Virus record (IMG/VR): IMGVR_UViG_3300030098_001936
Span: 1-25,687 of that record
Strand: one strand, 5' to 3'
DNA from: a virus
Taxonomy: Duplodnaviria; Caudoviricetes
Length of the DNA stretch: 25,687 nt
The position numbers and the translations under genes were made by a program. The notes under the pieces were generated by a model. It did no database searches. It was not told the origin of the DNA and saw only the letters and a list, made by a program, of their open reading frames with translations. Positions 7,288-17,800 of this stretch are shown piece after piece (positions within the stretch are counted from its first letter, which is position 1; every line of letters starts with the position of its first letter).

Positions 7288-9026
7288 TGTTGAACTTAAA
7301 GCCTACTAATATGTTTGAGGAGATTGAAAGCGCGGAAAGATACCGCGACTCTCACTTCGAGCATTACAAGGATGTGATTCAGGGGTATGTGGGGCCGATG
7401 CATTCAAGCATAGGGTCCGATGAGTTCTCTCCTGAGAACCATGTCTATGAGTACCTTTCTCTTACTGTTCCCCGGTTGATCAATGACAACCCTCGCGTCA
7501 GGGTTTCGACTCGCAGGCCAGTTACCTACGGGGCTATGGCTTCTGCTCTTGAACATGGTCTTAACAGGTGGGCAAGGGATACGAATGTCAGAGATGTAAT
7601 GCGTCGTGTTGCATTTGACACGTTGATTACTTACGGCGTAATGATGACTGCCCAAATGCCTATGGGTGGACATGACCCTACCTCTAAGTTCAAGGCTTAT
7701 TGGCCCAACTGCTACCGCATTTCTCCTAAGCGTTTTATTATTGACCCGCTGGCGCTTAGTGTCTCAGAGTCGCGGTATCAGGGCCATATGTGGGTACGCG
7801 ACCGTGAAGACCTAATCGAAGAAGCAAAGGTAGATTCAAGTTGGAATCCAGAGGTTATTGAGCGTATTGCTGGCGTGACAGACCTTAAGGAAAGGAAACT
7901 TGATCACCAGAGCAGCCGAGACACTCCGGAACGAAATGAAGTTACTGCCTATGACATTTGGGTTCCGGAAGTTCAATTGGATGAAAGCCCCGGACCAGAG
8001 TTTGGTTTCCACGGAACGATCTACACAATTGCTGTGGGGATTTCTCATGGTGAACGAGATCCTGAAAAGGCTGATTACATTAGAGATCCTAGACCGTTTT
8101 ATGGACCTCCGACTGGACCCTACACAATGTTTGGGTGCTACTACGTCCCAGACACGCCCTACCCCTTGTCGCCAATCATGGCAACTATGGGTCAGGTCAA
8201 CGAGTTGAATGACCATGTGCGTTCTGCTTCGATGTCTGCGGCGAAATATAAGCGGCTCATCTTGGTTGACGGCAAGAACAAAAAGTTGGTGCAGGATGTC
8301 AAATCACAACCACACGACTACGTCGTGCCTGTTGAAGGCTTGGACCGGGATGCTGTCATCCAAATGGAACTTGGTGGCATCACCAACCAGCAGGTGTCAT
8401 ATATCCAAATGGCCCGAGAGCGTCTGGACCGAAACAGTGGTATCCACGATGCAATGCGCGGGAACGTCACAGGATCAGCGACGGCAACAGAAGTAAGCAT
8501 TGCTGATAGTTCGACAACAATTCGTCTTGCGTATATCAAACAGCAGTTTCTGGAAGCAACTAGAAACATTATGGAAAAAGTTGGCTGGTACTTGCATAAC
8601 GATGACAGAGTCGCTTTCCCACTAGGCGCTGACGCTGCTAAAGAAATGGGGATGGGCGAGCCTTACTTTGTAGGCGGGATGAATCCGCCTCAGTCATACG
8701 ATGATATTGAACTTGAAATTGATCCGTACAGCATGGAGCGAACGACCGAGGCTTTGCAGCAGCGACGAGCAATGGAAGCATTCCAAATCATTGCCAATGT
8801 TGCATCAGCAATGCCGACCATGCCGTATGTTAATTGGAATGCGCTGCTTGATAAGATGGGCGATGCTTTGAATATGCCTGATCTTTCAACACTTGTGGAC
8901 TCTGAAATGCTTCAGCAAATGATTCAGCAGCAGCAAGAGCAGGCGCAAATGGAGCAGATTTCTGCTCAGACCGCTCCGCAGGAAATGTCTTCTGAGCAGG
9001 CTGCTGCTCAAGGGATGGGAATGTAA
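7287..9026 (+). CDS. Portal protein
   Basis: 579 aa between terL and scaffold/capsid. Contains RISPKRFIIDP, GIHDAMRG...SATATEVSI and a Q/M-rich C-terminus, as in podovirus portals. Confidence 0.88.
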   Translation: MLNLKPTNMFEEIESAERYRDSHFEHYKDVIQGYVGPMHSSIGSDEFSPENHVYEYLSLTVPRLINDNPRVRVSTRRPVTYGAMASALEHGLNRWARDTNVRDVMRRVAFDTLITYGVMMTAQMPMGGHDPTSKFKAYWPNCYRISPKRFIIDPLALSVSESRYQGHMWVRDREDLIEEAKVDSSWNPEVIERIAGVTDLKERKLDHQSSRDTPERNEVTAYDIWVPEVQLDESPGPEFGFHGTIYTIAVGISHGERDPEKADYIRDPRPFYGPPTGPYTMFGCYYVPDTPYPLSPIMATMGQVNELNDHVRSASMSAAKYKRLILVDGKNKKLVQDVKSQPHDYVVPVEGLDRDAVIQMELGGITNQQVSYIQMARERLDRNSGIHDAMRGNVTGSATATEVSIADSSTTIRLAYIKQQFLEATRNIMEKVGWYLHNDDRVAFPLGADAAKEMGMGEPYFVGGMNPPQSYDDIELEIDPYSMERTTEALQQRRAMEAFQIIANVASAMPTMPYVNWNALLDKMGDALNMPDLSTLVDSEMLQQMIQQQQEQAQMEQISAQTAPQEMSSEQAAAQGMGM

Positions 9027-9328
9027 TGCCAACGTATGTATTTAAAGACGCTGAAACAGGAGAAAAAATTGACCGCTATTTTCCTATCGCAGAGGCTCCT
9101 CGCTTCGGCGAAACCATCATGGTTGATGGCAGGGAATATGTGCGTCAGTTGAACTTCAACCTTGATTCAGCAGGCATTGCTAGGAAAACACATAAGTATC
9201 CTTATGTAAGTAAGGCGTTGCCTCGCAATCTTCGGGGGTGTGAGTGCAACGAAAAGGGGCAACCCATAATTAAATCACAGGCTCATGAACGCAACGTAGC
9301 GTCAGAGCATGACATGGCAAAAGATTAG
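9026..9328 (+). CDS. FmdB-like small protein (MPTY start, N-terminal Zn-ribbon cysteines absent)
   Basis: MPTYVFKDAETGEKID... N-terminus, coupled to the portal by TAATG. Confidence 0.6.
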   Translation: MPTYVFKDAETGEKIDRYFPIAEAPRFGETIMVDGREYVRQLNFNLDSAGIARKTHKYPYVSKALPRNLRGCECNEKGQPIIKSQAHERNVASEHDMAKD

Positions 9329-9362
9329 GGACCGTAAATACGAGAACCCCAAGGAGATAAAC

Positions 9363-10442
9363 ATGCCAGAAGAAACCCCCACAACTACAGACGTAACTTC
9401 CGCTGAAACAGTCATTCCGGTTAGTCAGGGTGTTACAATGGAAAACGATTCCGCGGACGATGCGGTCCTTGACAACATCATGGGCGTATCGAACCCACAG
9501 GATTCGGACAATCTTTCTTCGCATCCCGAAGATGAAACCATTGACCTTTCGCCTAATGAGGATGGACTCACGGGGGAAGATTCGTCTGCGCAGTCAGAGG
9601 CCGATGACACGGCTGATGATTCTTCAGAATCTACAGAGGAAAACAGCGACAACCCTGCTGAACTTGACTCTGAAGATTACGCAAAAGCCGTTGCCGCCCT
9701 CAAGCGTGACGGCGTACCACGTTCAGTCATTGACCAGATGGCCGATAAGAACCCCCAAGACATAATTGATTGGGGACTTAAGCGAGCCAAGGTGCAGGCT
9801 GACGTTGATGGATACGGCGCTAAAGTCAAAGAACTAGAAGCGAAACTTTCAGAATCAAGCGAGGCAACCAGCGAGGACGGGGAGTCGGCAGGTACAGATC
9901 AACTTGTCGGCCAACCCTCCGAAGTCGTTGAATCGCTAAACCGCTATGAGTCTGAGATTTCAGAAATCTTTGGCGATGAAGCAGCCAAGTCTGTCATGTC
10001 CCCTATTAAACAACTTGCCGATGAAATGAAGCAGGCGTTCATGCAGCAGCAGGAGGTTATTAGCCAACTGTATAGTGCGATGGAACGTCGCGGAATTGAT
10101 GAGGCTAGGGGACGTTTGGGAGAGCGGTTCTCCCGCTTGAGTGACAATGATGTATTCCAAACTGTCGTAGAAACAATGGAAAAACTTGCCAAGGTTGGTG
10201 AGTATGAAAACATTGACGATTTGATGTCGGATGCATATAGGCTCAAGTTCTCAGAAGTAGCGGAAAAGGAAGCACAGCAGTCACAGCAACGAGAGTTGCG
10301 TTCTGCTGGGCAGCCTACTGCTACCACTCAGACTCCCATGCCATCAATGGGCAAATCTATTCAAGATCGTGAAGACGATGCTTTGGATGCTTTGCTTAGT
10401 GGCAAGGGATTTGATGGTGCGTCCGCTGCATATCAAGGTTAA
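9363..10442 (+). CDS. Capsid scaffolding protein
   Basis: Preferred start ATG 9363 behind aaggag. Very acidic disordered N-half and helical C-half; directly precedes the capsid gene. Confidence 0.75.
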   Translation: MPEETPTTTDVTSAETVIPVSQGVTMENDSADDAVLDNIMGVSNPQDSDNLSSHPEDETIDLSPNEDGLTGEDSSAQSEADDTADDSSESTEENSDNPAELDSEDYAKAVAALKRDGVPRSVIDQMADKNPQDIIDWGLKRAKVQADVDGYGAKVKELEAKLSESSEATSEDGESAGTDQLVGQPSEVVESLNRYESEISEIFGDEAAKSVMSPIKQLADEMKQAFMQQQEVISQLYSAMERRGIDEARGRLGERFSRLSDNDVFQTVVETMEKLAKVGEYENIDDLMSDAYRLKFSEVAEKEAQQSQQRELRSAGQPTATTQTPMPSMGKSIQDREDDALDALLSGKGFDGASAAYQG

Positions 10443-10445
10443 TTC

Positions 10446-10461
10446 CGGGGCATTCGCCCCG
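10446..10461 (+). promoter_or_regulatory. Short hairpin immediately 5' of the capsid gene SD
   Basis: cggggc-attc-gccccg perfect 6-bp GC stem, followed by agaaggag SD and ATG 10478. Confidence 0.5.
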
Positions 10462-10477
10462 AGAAGGAGTATGACTT

Positions 10478-11635
10478 ATGGCAGGTACAGCCCTCGCCAA
10501 CTTCAACGACTTCATGAAAGTTACCGGCCCCCGGTATCTTTCGTCGGCTGAAGAGGTCATCAACGAAGCCGTGAATAACACCTATATCCTTGGCCGCTTT
10601 CTTAAGGGCAAGGGTATGGATGCTTCTATTCAGGGCGGGAAAACGATCAATGACTCTGTCATGTTTGACGAGGCATCGACGTATGACCACTACAAGCCGA
10701 ACGCCACGTTCTCATGGAGCAATCCACAGGTCATTACTGATCTGGAAATCAGTTGGCGTTTCTCCGTTGACCACATGTCGTGGACGGATCAGGAAGTCGA
10801 ACTTAACGTGTCCGAAGGACTTTCCCGTGATGCACAGAAGGTTGCCTACAAGCGACTGAAGCGTATCAAGGAAATGCGTCTCTGGACTTCTTTCTTGAAT
10901 GGTATGGAAGCCGACCTTTGGAAGGGCGCTTACCCCAATGGTTCCGAAATGGAAACCAGCACCGGCACTCTTCCCTACAGCATCCCGTCATTCATCTCAG
11001 AAAACACCAGCAACTACCATTCGTTTAACACGGGTGACGCTACTACGGTAATGGGAGTCGCTCCCGGCACTGAATCCAAGTGGCGCAATCAGGTGTCAAC
11101 GTATGACTACACTGACGCTGATGACTCAGACGGCGACCAAGACGGTCTGCTTGATGCGTTTGATGAAATGTTCCTCAAGGTAAAGTTTGTTCCTCCTTCA
11201 ACCAAGCAGGAATACTTTGAGAAGGACAGCCTGAATCGGCAGTTCATCTGTTGCTCCCGTGGCGGTATCAATCTCTACAAGAGAATGCTCCGTGACGCGA
11301 ATGACACGCTGGTAGGTAAACAAGACCCTGCTTACAACATGCCTCAGTACAGCGGTATCGATCTGCTGTACGTTGCCCATCTTGATGACGCAACCATCTA
11401 CGGCGACACGACTGCCGACGATGCTGAGACAGCAGCAGGTGACAATGCTGGCTATCGTTACTGGTGGCTCAACGGCAACTACATGACCCCCGTGTATCAC
11501 GCACGGCGGTACATGGAAAAGCACGATCCCATGCGGCATCCGAATCAGCCGTTCACGACTGTGCAGCCTGTTGACTGTTGGTGGAACCTCTTCTGTAACA
11601 GCCGTCAGCGGCAGGGAATCATTTGCCCGCAGTAG
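10478..11635 (+). CDS. Major capsid protein (HK97 fold inferred)
   Basis: 385 aa, strong SD, follows the scaffold gene. Motifs GGKTI, YSGIDLLY, YWWLNGNY and CNSRQRQGII resemble podovirus coat proteins. Confidence 0.88.
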   Translation: MAGTALANFNDFMKVTGPRYLSSAEEVINEAVNNTYILGRFLKGKGMDASIQGGKTINDSVMFDEASTYDHYKPNATFSWSNPQVITDLEISWRFSVDHMSWTDQEVELNVSEGLSRDAQKVAYKRLKRIKEMRLWTSFLNGMEADLWKGAYPNGSEMETSTGTLPYSIPSFISENTSNYHSFNTGDATTVMGVAPGTESKWRNQVSTYDYTDADDSDGDQDGLLDAFDEMFLKVKFVPPSTKQEYFEKDSLNRQFICCSRGGINLYKRMLRDANDTLVGKQDPAYNMPQYSGIDLLYVAHLDDATIYGDTTADDAETAAGDNAGYRYWWLNGNYMTPVYHARRYMEKHDPMRHPNQPFTTVQPVDCWWNLFCNSRQRQGIICPQ

Positions 11636-11673
11636 TGCGAGCAATGATCCCTTGACATAGAAAGGTAAATACC

Positions 11674-12153
11674 ATGTCAAATGGACCCTCAGTAAACGCC
11701 CCCTTCGGGCTTTCCCTCCCGGTGCATGACATCCGGGTAACAAATCGTACTGGCAGTACGGTCGCTCGCGGCCGTCTGATGCAGTTGGATTTTGTCAGTC
11801 TTAGTTCAGAAGCAACTTCCAACACGGAAGGCATCGAATTGTCTGGACTCGCTAATGGCATTGCTGTTACAGCAGATGGCAAGGCGGGAGAGCAAATCGT
11901 TGTCGTTGCATTAAGTGACATCGCTGACGATGCAAGCGGTATGTGCCGTGTGTATGGCCGAGTAAAGGCTATGGGCAGTGCAACCGTGGATATTAGTTCT
12001 GCTGGTGCTAGTCTTTGTGTCACCGCATCTGAACTTGGCGGTCATGCTTCTGATGGCAAGGGCGTATTTGCCATTGCTCTGGAAGATACGGCAAATGACA
12101 CGCTTAGTGAAGTTCTTTGGAACGGTTTCGGCTGGGCCAACGCTAGTGCGTAA
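11674..12153 (+). CDS. Capsid decoration/cement-like protein
   Basis: 159-aa Ala/Gly/Ser-rich ORF right after the capsid gene. VVALSDIADDASGMCRVYG...FAIALED pattern. Confidence 0.65.
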   Translation: MSNGPSVNAPFGLSLPVHDIRVTNRTGSTVARGRLMQLDFVSLSSEATSNTEGIELSGLANGIAVTADGKAGEQIVVVALSDIADDASGMCRVYGRVKAMGSATVDISSAGASLCVTASELGGHASDGKGVFAIALEDTANDTLSEVLWNGFGWANASA

Positions 12154-12164
12154 GTAAAACCTAA

Positions 12165-12195
12165 GACTCCTCTCCCCTACCGGGGAGGGGAAGTC
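12165..12195 (+). terminator. Stem-loop after the capsid module (probable partial terminator or mRNA stabiliser)
   Basis: gact-cctctcccc-tacc-ggggagggg-a-agtc, followed by pyrimidine-rich attcctctttctt. Confidence 0.6.
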
Positions 12196-12218
12196 ATTCC
12201 TCTTTCTTGGAGATAACG

Positions 12219-12734
12219 ATGGGAACTATTAACTTTTACACAAAGTTTGATTACACGGATGCAGCGGGCAACCTGTACTCAGACGGCAGCACTTCTGTTG
12301 CCCACACAATAACTGTTGCTTCTGATGAAATCTTTGACCGGACGTATGCGATTGGCCCTACGGCTACCTTGACCACACTTCTGAACGATGATCTTATTTC
12401 TGACTTTGATTTTCTGTGGATCGAATCAGATCAGCAGGCTGAGATTCAATTGGTTTGCAACGAGTTGGGTGTCCATAACACTGATGCTGCTGATGATAGT
12501 GATGACACGGCTTTGGCAAACGGTTGGGTTGTAAAACTTGAGGCTGGCATTCCGTTCTGTTTGCACAACGATGACAGTAGAAACCGTGGAGATGTCGGTG
12601 GAAACATTGGCACTAACTACCTTAGTGAACAAAACTCTTGGGAATCTTCGTGGAACGTAGATGTTATTGACCGGATTGAGTATTACCACACGACTGGTTC
12701 CGCAGCAAAAGTTCGTGTCATTGCAATTACTTAA
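12219..12734 (+). CDS. Hypothetical virion protein, paralog A
   Basis: ATG 12219 behind ggag. Shares SDFDFLWIESD, EIQL.CNE, VKL.AGIPF.L.NDDSRN and IDRIE with the next ORF. Confidence 0.8.
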   Translation: MGTINFYTKFDYTDAAGNLYSDGSTSVAHTITVASDEIFDRTYAIGPTATLTTLLNDDLISDFDFLWIESDQQAEIQLVCNELGVHNTDAADDSDDTALANGWVVKLEAGIPFCLHNDDSRNRGDVGGNIGTNYLSEQNSWESSWNVDVIDRIEYYHTTGSAAKVRVIAIT

Positions 12735-12745
12735 TAGGATTTAAG

Positions 12746-13243
12746 ATGGCAACACTAAACCTGACCACACACTTTACAGTTTCGCTTGCAGACAGTGATG
12801 ATTCTCGAACAATCACTGGTGGAAGCACAACTGCTTCTGATTCAATCACAATTACCCATTACTACGATCAAAGGTTTTTGATTGCGAACACAACTTTAGT
12901 TGAGTTGTGGAGTGATAGCACTGCAACGTCGGACTTTGATTTCTTGTGGATTGAATCTGACGCTGCTGTCGAGATTCAATTGCTTTGTAACGAAGGTGGC
13001 GACCTTTCTAATAACAACATTGAAAATGGCTTTTGCGTCAAACTCACTGCTGGCATCCCATTCATCTTGTCAAACGACGATTCCCGAAACATGGGAAACA
13101 TGAATGGCACTTTTAATGAAAGTAATTACCAGTCAGAGATTGACACTTGGGAAACCAACTGGGTGGCTGACACCATTGACCGCATCGAGTGCTACAACGG
13201 AAGTGGCGGCGATGCTAATGTTCGTATCTTTGCGGCGACATAA
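12746..13243 (+). CDS. Hypothetical virion protein, paralog B
   Basis: Tandem paralog of 12219..12734, with agga SD. Confidence 0.8.
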   Translation: MATLNLTTHFTVSLADSDDSRTITGGSTTASDSITITHYYDQRFLIANTTLVELWSDSTATSDFDFLWIESDAAVEIQLLCNEGGDLSNNNIENGFCVKLTAGIPFILSNDDSRNMGNMNGTFNESNYQSEIDTWETNWVADTIDRIECYNGSGGDANVRIFAAT

Positions 13244-13245
13244 TC

Positions 13246-13953
13246 ATGGCTATCACACTGGCTACACTTAAAAAGCATGTACAGCACGCCCTTGGCGGAA
13301 GTGTTGCAGAACAACTGGATGAAACTGGCATAGTCAACGAGGCTGGCCGTCAGTTGTTTATGTCTCCTTGGAAGTTCAGGGAGCGTCCTCCAGTCGATGT
13401 TTCGTTTGTTGCTAATCAGAATCATGCGGAACTTCCCTCAGACTTCGGGGAGTTTATTGCAGCAAACATGAAGGATGGCCTTGTAAAGTCCTTCACGTTT
13501 ACTTCCTTCCATGATCTTGTGCAACGAAGATCAACCAGCACTGGTGTCACCAATCATTACTGGCTTGCTGTTTCCCATCCATTCCCCCAGAGTGATGGCG
13601 ACCCCCTGCCTGCTCCGCGACTAGAGTTGTACCCAACGCCTACAAGTGCTGACCAGATGACGATGATCTATCGGTCAAAGTGGGTAGACCTTCTTGCTGA
13701 CGGCGACTACGCCCCGATCCCTGACTACGCAGAGTCAGTGCTAATTGCTTTGGTCAGGGCGTTTGCTCTTGGCTATGAGGAAGAAGGCATGGAGTTGCGT
13801 GTCGCAGAGGTTGAGAACGGGACTCTTTATCAAAGACTTCGAGAAAAGGACGGCTTGATTCAACCGGACTACGGGCCTCTTCGTAATGGGGCATTGAGTC
13901 AGGCGCGTCCAAGTTACCAATTGCCGTGGGACTCCACGGCTGATCCTTCATAA
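13246..13953 (+). CDS. Head-tail adaptor protein (T7 gp11 / P22 gp4 functional analogue)
   Basis: 235 aa. ITLATLKKHVQ...VNEAGRQL...ELPSDF...RLELYPTP...IPDYAESVLI pattern and position fit podovirus adaptors. Confidence 0.7.
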   Translation: MAITLATLKKHVQHALGGSVAEQLDETGIVNEAGRQLFMSPWKFRERPPVDVSFVANQNHAELPSDFGEFIAANMKDGLVKSFTFTSFHDLVQRRSTSTGVTNHYWLAVSHPFPQSDGDPLPAPRLELYPTPTSADQMTMIYRSKWVDLLADGDYAPIPDYAESVLIALVRAFALGYEEEGMELRVAEVENGTLYQRLREKDGLIQPDYGPLRNGALSQARPSYQLPWDSTADPS

Positions 13954-13997
13954 GCGGCGAGTGGGTCCGCACCTACCCACAGGCATAGGAGAAAATC

Positions 13998-14432
13998 ATG
14001 CCAAGTCCTCACAGAACAAGAGAAATTGCAAGACAGGAAGTCGGTCACTATCGAGTCGTGGCAACTTCTGCCAATGTAACCCTGACAGATGACGATGGGG
14101 GTACATACTTTACGGTCACTCAAGCGTCTGCTTACGACATTACTTTGCCCGCTATTTCGGCTTCACGCGCAGGCTGGTGGGCAGACTTTACGCTTGTAAC
14201 CGCTGGGTCCAACGATGTTGACGTTGTTGCCGCTGCTGCCGATGCGGACAAAATCTACATATTGGAAAACTCAGACACGGCGACAAACAATGCTTCTGAC
14301 CCGGCTGACAAAGTTACGTTTGATGCGAGCAACGCCGGAATCGGTGACCACTTGCACATCTGGCACGACGGCAATAACTGGTACGCTCGACAGTCATCTG
14401 TTGCTGATGCTGGTGCTGAACATTCTGGATAA
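13998..14432 (+). CDS. Small beta-rich virion appendage-like protein
   Basis: aggag SD. TLTDDDGG...ITLPA...GDHLHIWHDGNNWY is a pattern common in fibre/appendage domains. Confidence 0.65.
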   Translation: MPSPHRTREIARQEVGHYRVVATSANVTLTDDDGGTYFTVTQASAYDITLPAISASRAGWWADFTLVTAGSNDVDVVAAAADADKIYILENSDTATNNASDPADKVTFDASNAGIGDHLHIWHDGNNWYARQSSVADAGAEHSG

Positions 14433-14450
14433 TAAATAAACGCTCACCAC

Positions 14451-14478
14451 CTTCTCTCCCCTTAACGGGGGAGAGGAG
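14451..14478 (+). promoter_or_regulatory. Stem-loop whose 3' arm contains the SD of the downstream gene
   Basis: cttctctcccct-taac-gggggagaggag 12-bp stem (two G-U pairs). gaggag lies 8 nt before ATG 14487. Confidence 0.65.
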
Positions 14479-14486
14479 ATTTCACT

Positions 14487-14873
14487 ATGCCTGAATCGTA
14501 CAAAACAACCAACTTCGCAACGACGTACAAGACGATCACATTCTTGTCTTCTGCGGCAAAGTCCACAACGGCACTTGGTACTAGCAAGACCAAGGCTAGG
14601 TCAAACATCCGCACGTTGTTTTCTGGGGCGGTTATTTACAACAAGTCAACCTCGACGCAGCCTTTGACTGTCACAATCAAGGTGACTAACGGGACTGTGT
14701 CGTATGAGTTGGACAGCGTGACAATACTTCAGGGCGACTCTGCTGCTTGGACAGAAGAGGAGTACGGGGTCGTACTTGACACAGATCAGTACATCCAAAT
14801 TGAGGTGACAGAGACAATTGCAAACGGCGATGTCTTGAACATCTTTATCCGGTCAAAGGATATCTACCAGTAA
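14487..14873 (+). CDS. Hypothetical Thr-rich virion protein
   Basis: 128-aa ORF with SD; TAATG overlap with the next gene. Confidence 0.7.
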   Translation: MPESYKTTNFATTYKTITFLSSAAKSTTALGTSKTKARSNIRTLFSGAVIYNKSTSTQPLTVTIKVTNGTVSYELDSVTILQGDSAAWTEEEYGVVLDTDQYIQIEVTETIANGDVLNIFIRSKDIYQ

Positions 14874-17800
14874 TGCCACCAGCCAAGAAACAAAAAGTCG
14901 AGTTGCAGTTTCCGATTGAAGGCCAAGTAGAAGGCACAGGCCACGCAAATCAGAAACCAAATACAACTTCTGATTGTAAGAACGTCCGTCCGTTTGACGT
15001 TGAGGAAGATCGAGCAAGGGGTGGTCGGCGTGATGGTGTAAGCAAAGTTACTTCAACTCCTGTGACTGGAGAAAAGATTGATCACATGGAGTTTGTACAA
15101 AGGGCGAATGAAAGCACCGTCTATGAACCCGGCCAATTGATGGAGTTCCCTGAAGGAAACCCAAACGCGGGCAAACTTGCTAATTTTACTTTTCCATCAA
15201 TACCAGTAGGCCAGCAAATAACTCAATCTGGCGCGAACTTTTTGTATTTTGGAAGGGCTCTTCAATTTTTAAATGGCCCTACTGATAATGTTGATTCAAG
15301 TTATCCGGCATCTTCTTCTTCGGATTTGGCTAATGTCGGTCCATTTCATGGGGCAATTGCTTACAACGAGCAAAGGTCCGCCAAGCCTATTAACATGTTT
15401 GACTACTCAAACCTTGTGAAATACAAGGATGCCGACAATGCTGAGTACGTTGACATAAACTCTAAAAACTTTGGGTATGCTGGTGCGCCATATCAGTACG
15501 GCGATGGAGGAGTTTACGAAACCAGTTCGCAGCACAGATGGAGGCCGTGGTCAGAGTTTGTTGATGGACGTATCGATTCACATATTTTAATTAATCCGCT
15601 AAATCGTAATTGGGTTGTTTCTTCTGGTTTTTTTGTTTCCCCTAACACTGGTGGTTTTTTAGATTCAAATAACGGCGGCAACGATGACAAAGATGATTAC
15701 ATCTTTGCACCATGGAGTAGTACAAAAAGAACTTCATATGTAACTAGTTTGGATTTTAGATGTCCGTATGGTATGCCAGCAAAGTTTTCGTACAATGGTG
15801 GTGACCCAACAGTTACTGTCAAGTTTGTTGCAACTGCTGATGATGTAGATGACGATAGTTGTGTCTATGACCCTTATTACAATGAACTTATGGGGTCTAG
15901 TACAAGTACAATGCCGCACACTTGGCTTGTTAATTCTCCTAACCAAGAAGGTCATGATGACTACAGTCACTACATAACTTGGGGCATTGCATTGCGTTGT
16001 CGCATTAGCAGCGATGGAACAGATTCAGAAGCAAATTACACCCACGGATACATGGAGTGGCATGATTATTATGGTTCGTTTAATGATGGTTGCAATGCTC
16101 AAGACAACGCAAAAACGCCAATAGTTATTAGATTTAAAATGGAGATCCGAACTGGAAAAGTTGACATGTTTATTGGTGGTTGGGCTGACCACCGACATAG
16201 TTCAGTTGAAGGCACTGTCTTTGCGATGCAGCAAGCAAATGCTCATTTGGGTTACTCATATCTTAACCAAAATGGAAATCAAGAAGGTAAACTTGGAACT
16301 GTTATTGCAAGTCGGGAAGATGACTTGGATGAAAACGGAGACAGGAAACGCCATAAATTAGTTGTTACTCAGCAAGACAAATCTCTTTCAGTAAGTTTTG
16401 ATGGAAATGTTTTGTGGTCTGCGGAAGACATTGAAGATACGGAAAAGTATGATTGGCATACTTATCCGCATATTAGACTTGGTGGTGTATATAGCCACGG
16501 ACATCCCGTTTCACATCACAGGTCAAAACTTATTTACGGTCATACTCTTCAGGTGTCACCGTCAAGTTCAAGTACACAAAATGAGTATGTTCAAAAGCAA
16601 GCATTAAAGTATTTTGGAACATTTGATCATGTAAACCAGCCAGACAGTTCTGGGGACACTGCTGAATCGGCAAACGCAAACAATTCTCTTCATGGGAGTC
16701 GACACAAATGGAGTCTTGGTCTTAAGGTTTACGACTGGGACTGGAGGTCGATTGACCCAGTCATTGTTGGAAGAAGACATGTTACTGCGGTGTCTGGCGG
16801 AAAAGTACACAGTACGACTCCAGATGATTTAAGCAACTTTACTATTAGGTCTACTTCCCAAGACTTATCTACAAACGTAAACAGAATTGACGGCACATCG
16901 TTCTTTGAGAATATTTACTTTGTGGACGGCAGTAACTATAAGTATTTTGACTCATCTCAAATGAAGGTTCTCGACTGGAACACTCTTGACGAAAACGGTG
17001 AAATCAACACCAATTCTACGCTTCCGGGTGGTAACGGCGACACTGGCTTGTACGGCAGTGGCACATCAGATGAAAACCCAAGATGCACAATAATCAAGTC
17101 TTGGCTTGGTCGCTTGGTGATGGCCGGAAAGTCTGACGAACCGCAAAACTGGTTTATGTCTGCTGTGGGTGACGCGACTGATTTTGACCCAGACAGTTCC
17201 GCTCCGGGTGCATCCGTGTGGGGGTCTAAGTCAGAAAACATTGGAGAGATTTCTGACCCCATCATTGCGATTGCCCCGTCGATTGACAACCGGCTAATCA
17301 TTAGCACATCGAATTACATCTATGCAATGACTGGAGATCCATTGTGGGATGGTACTCAACTTGTAAGCATTAGCACGGAGGTTGGATTCATTGGCCCAGA
17401 CGCATGGTGCTACGGGCCTAATAGAGTCTTGTATTTCATGGGTCCGAATGGACTCTATGCTCTTGCTCCCAACGAGTTCAACATTACGCAGACTAACCGC
17501 TTGTCTTCTGGCAAACTTGATAAGACATTCAAAGACCTTGATTTGTCTTCGTCGGCATGCAAACTGGTGTATGACAACGTCAACCATGGTGTCCACATAT
17601 TCTTGACTCCGGCGAACCAAAGCACAGACAAGCGTAGTCATTATTTCTACGACTCAAGAACTAATTCATTTTGGCCCATGGAGTACCCCGGAGTCATTGG
17701 GCCGACGTATGTAATGGACTTCCAGAGTCCAAACCCTGAAGCAAACAAGATTCTTCTTGGCGGCTTTGATGGTCACATTCGTTCATTCTCGTCTTCTGCT

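Noticed and set aside
11630-11676. Capsid stop read-through or frameshift into the decoration gene
   Set aside because: TAG is followed by further in-frame stops (TGA, TAA), no slippery heptamer was seen, and the next gene has its own SD.
13923-13980. Two small hairpins at the adaptor gene end (gccgtgg/ccacggc; gtgggt/acccac)
   Set aside because: Short stems without U-tracts; insufficient evidence for a terminator or RNA element.
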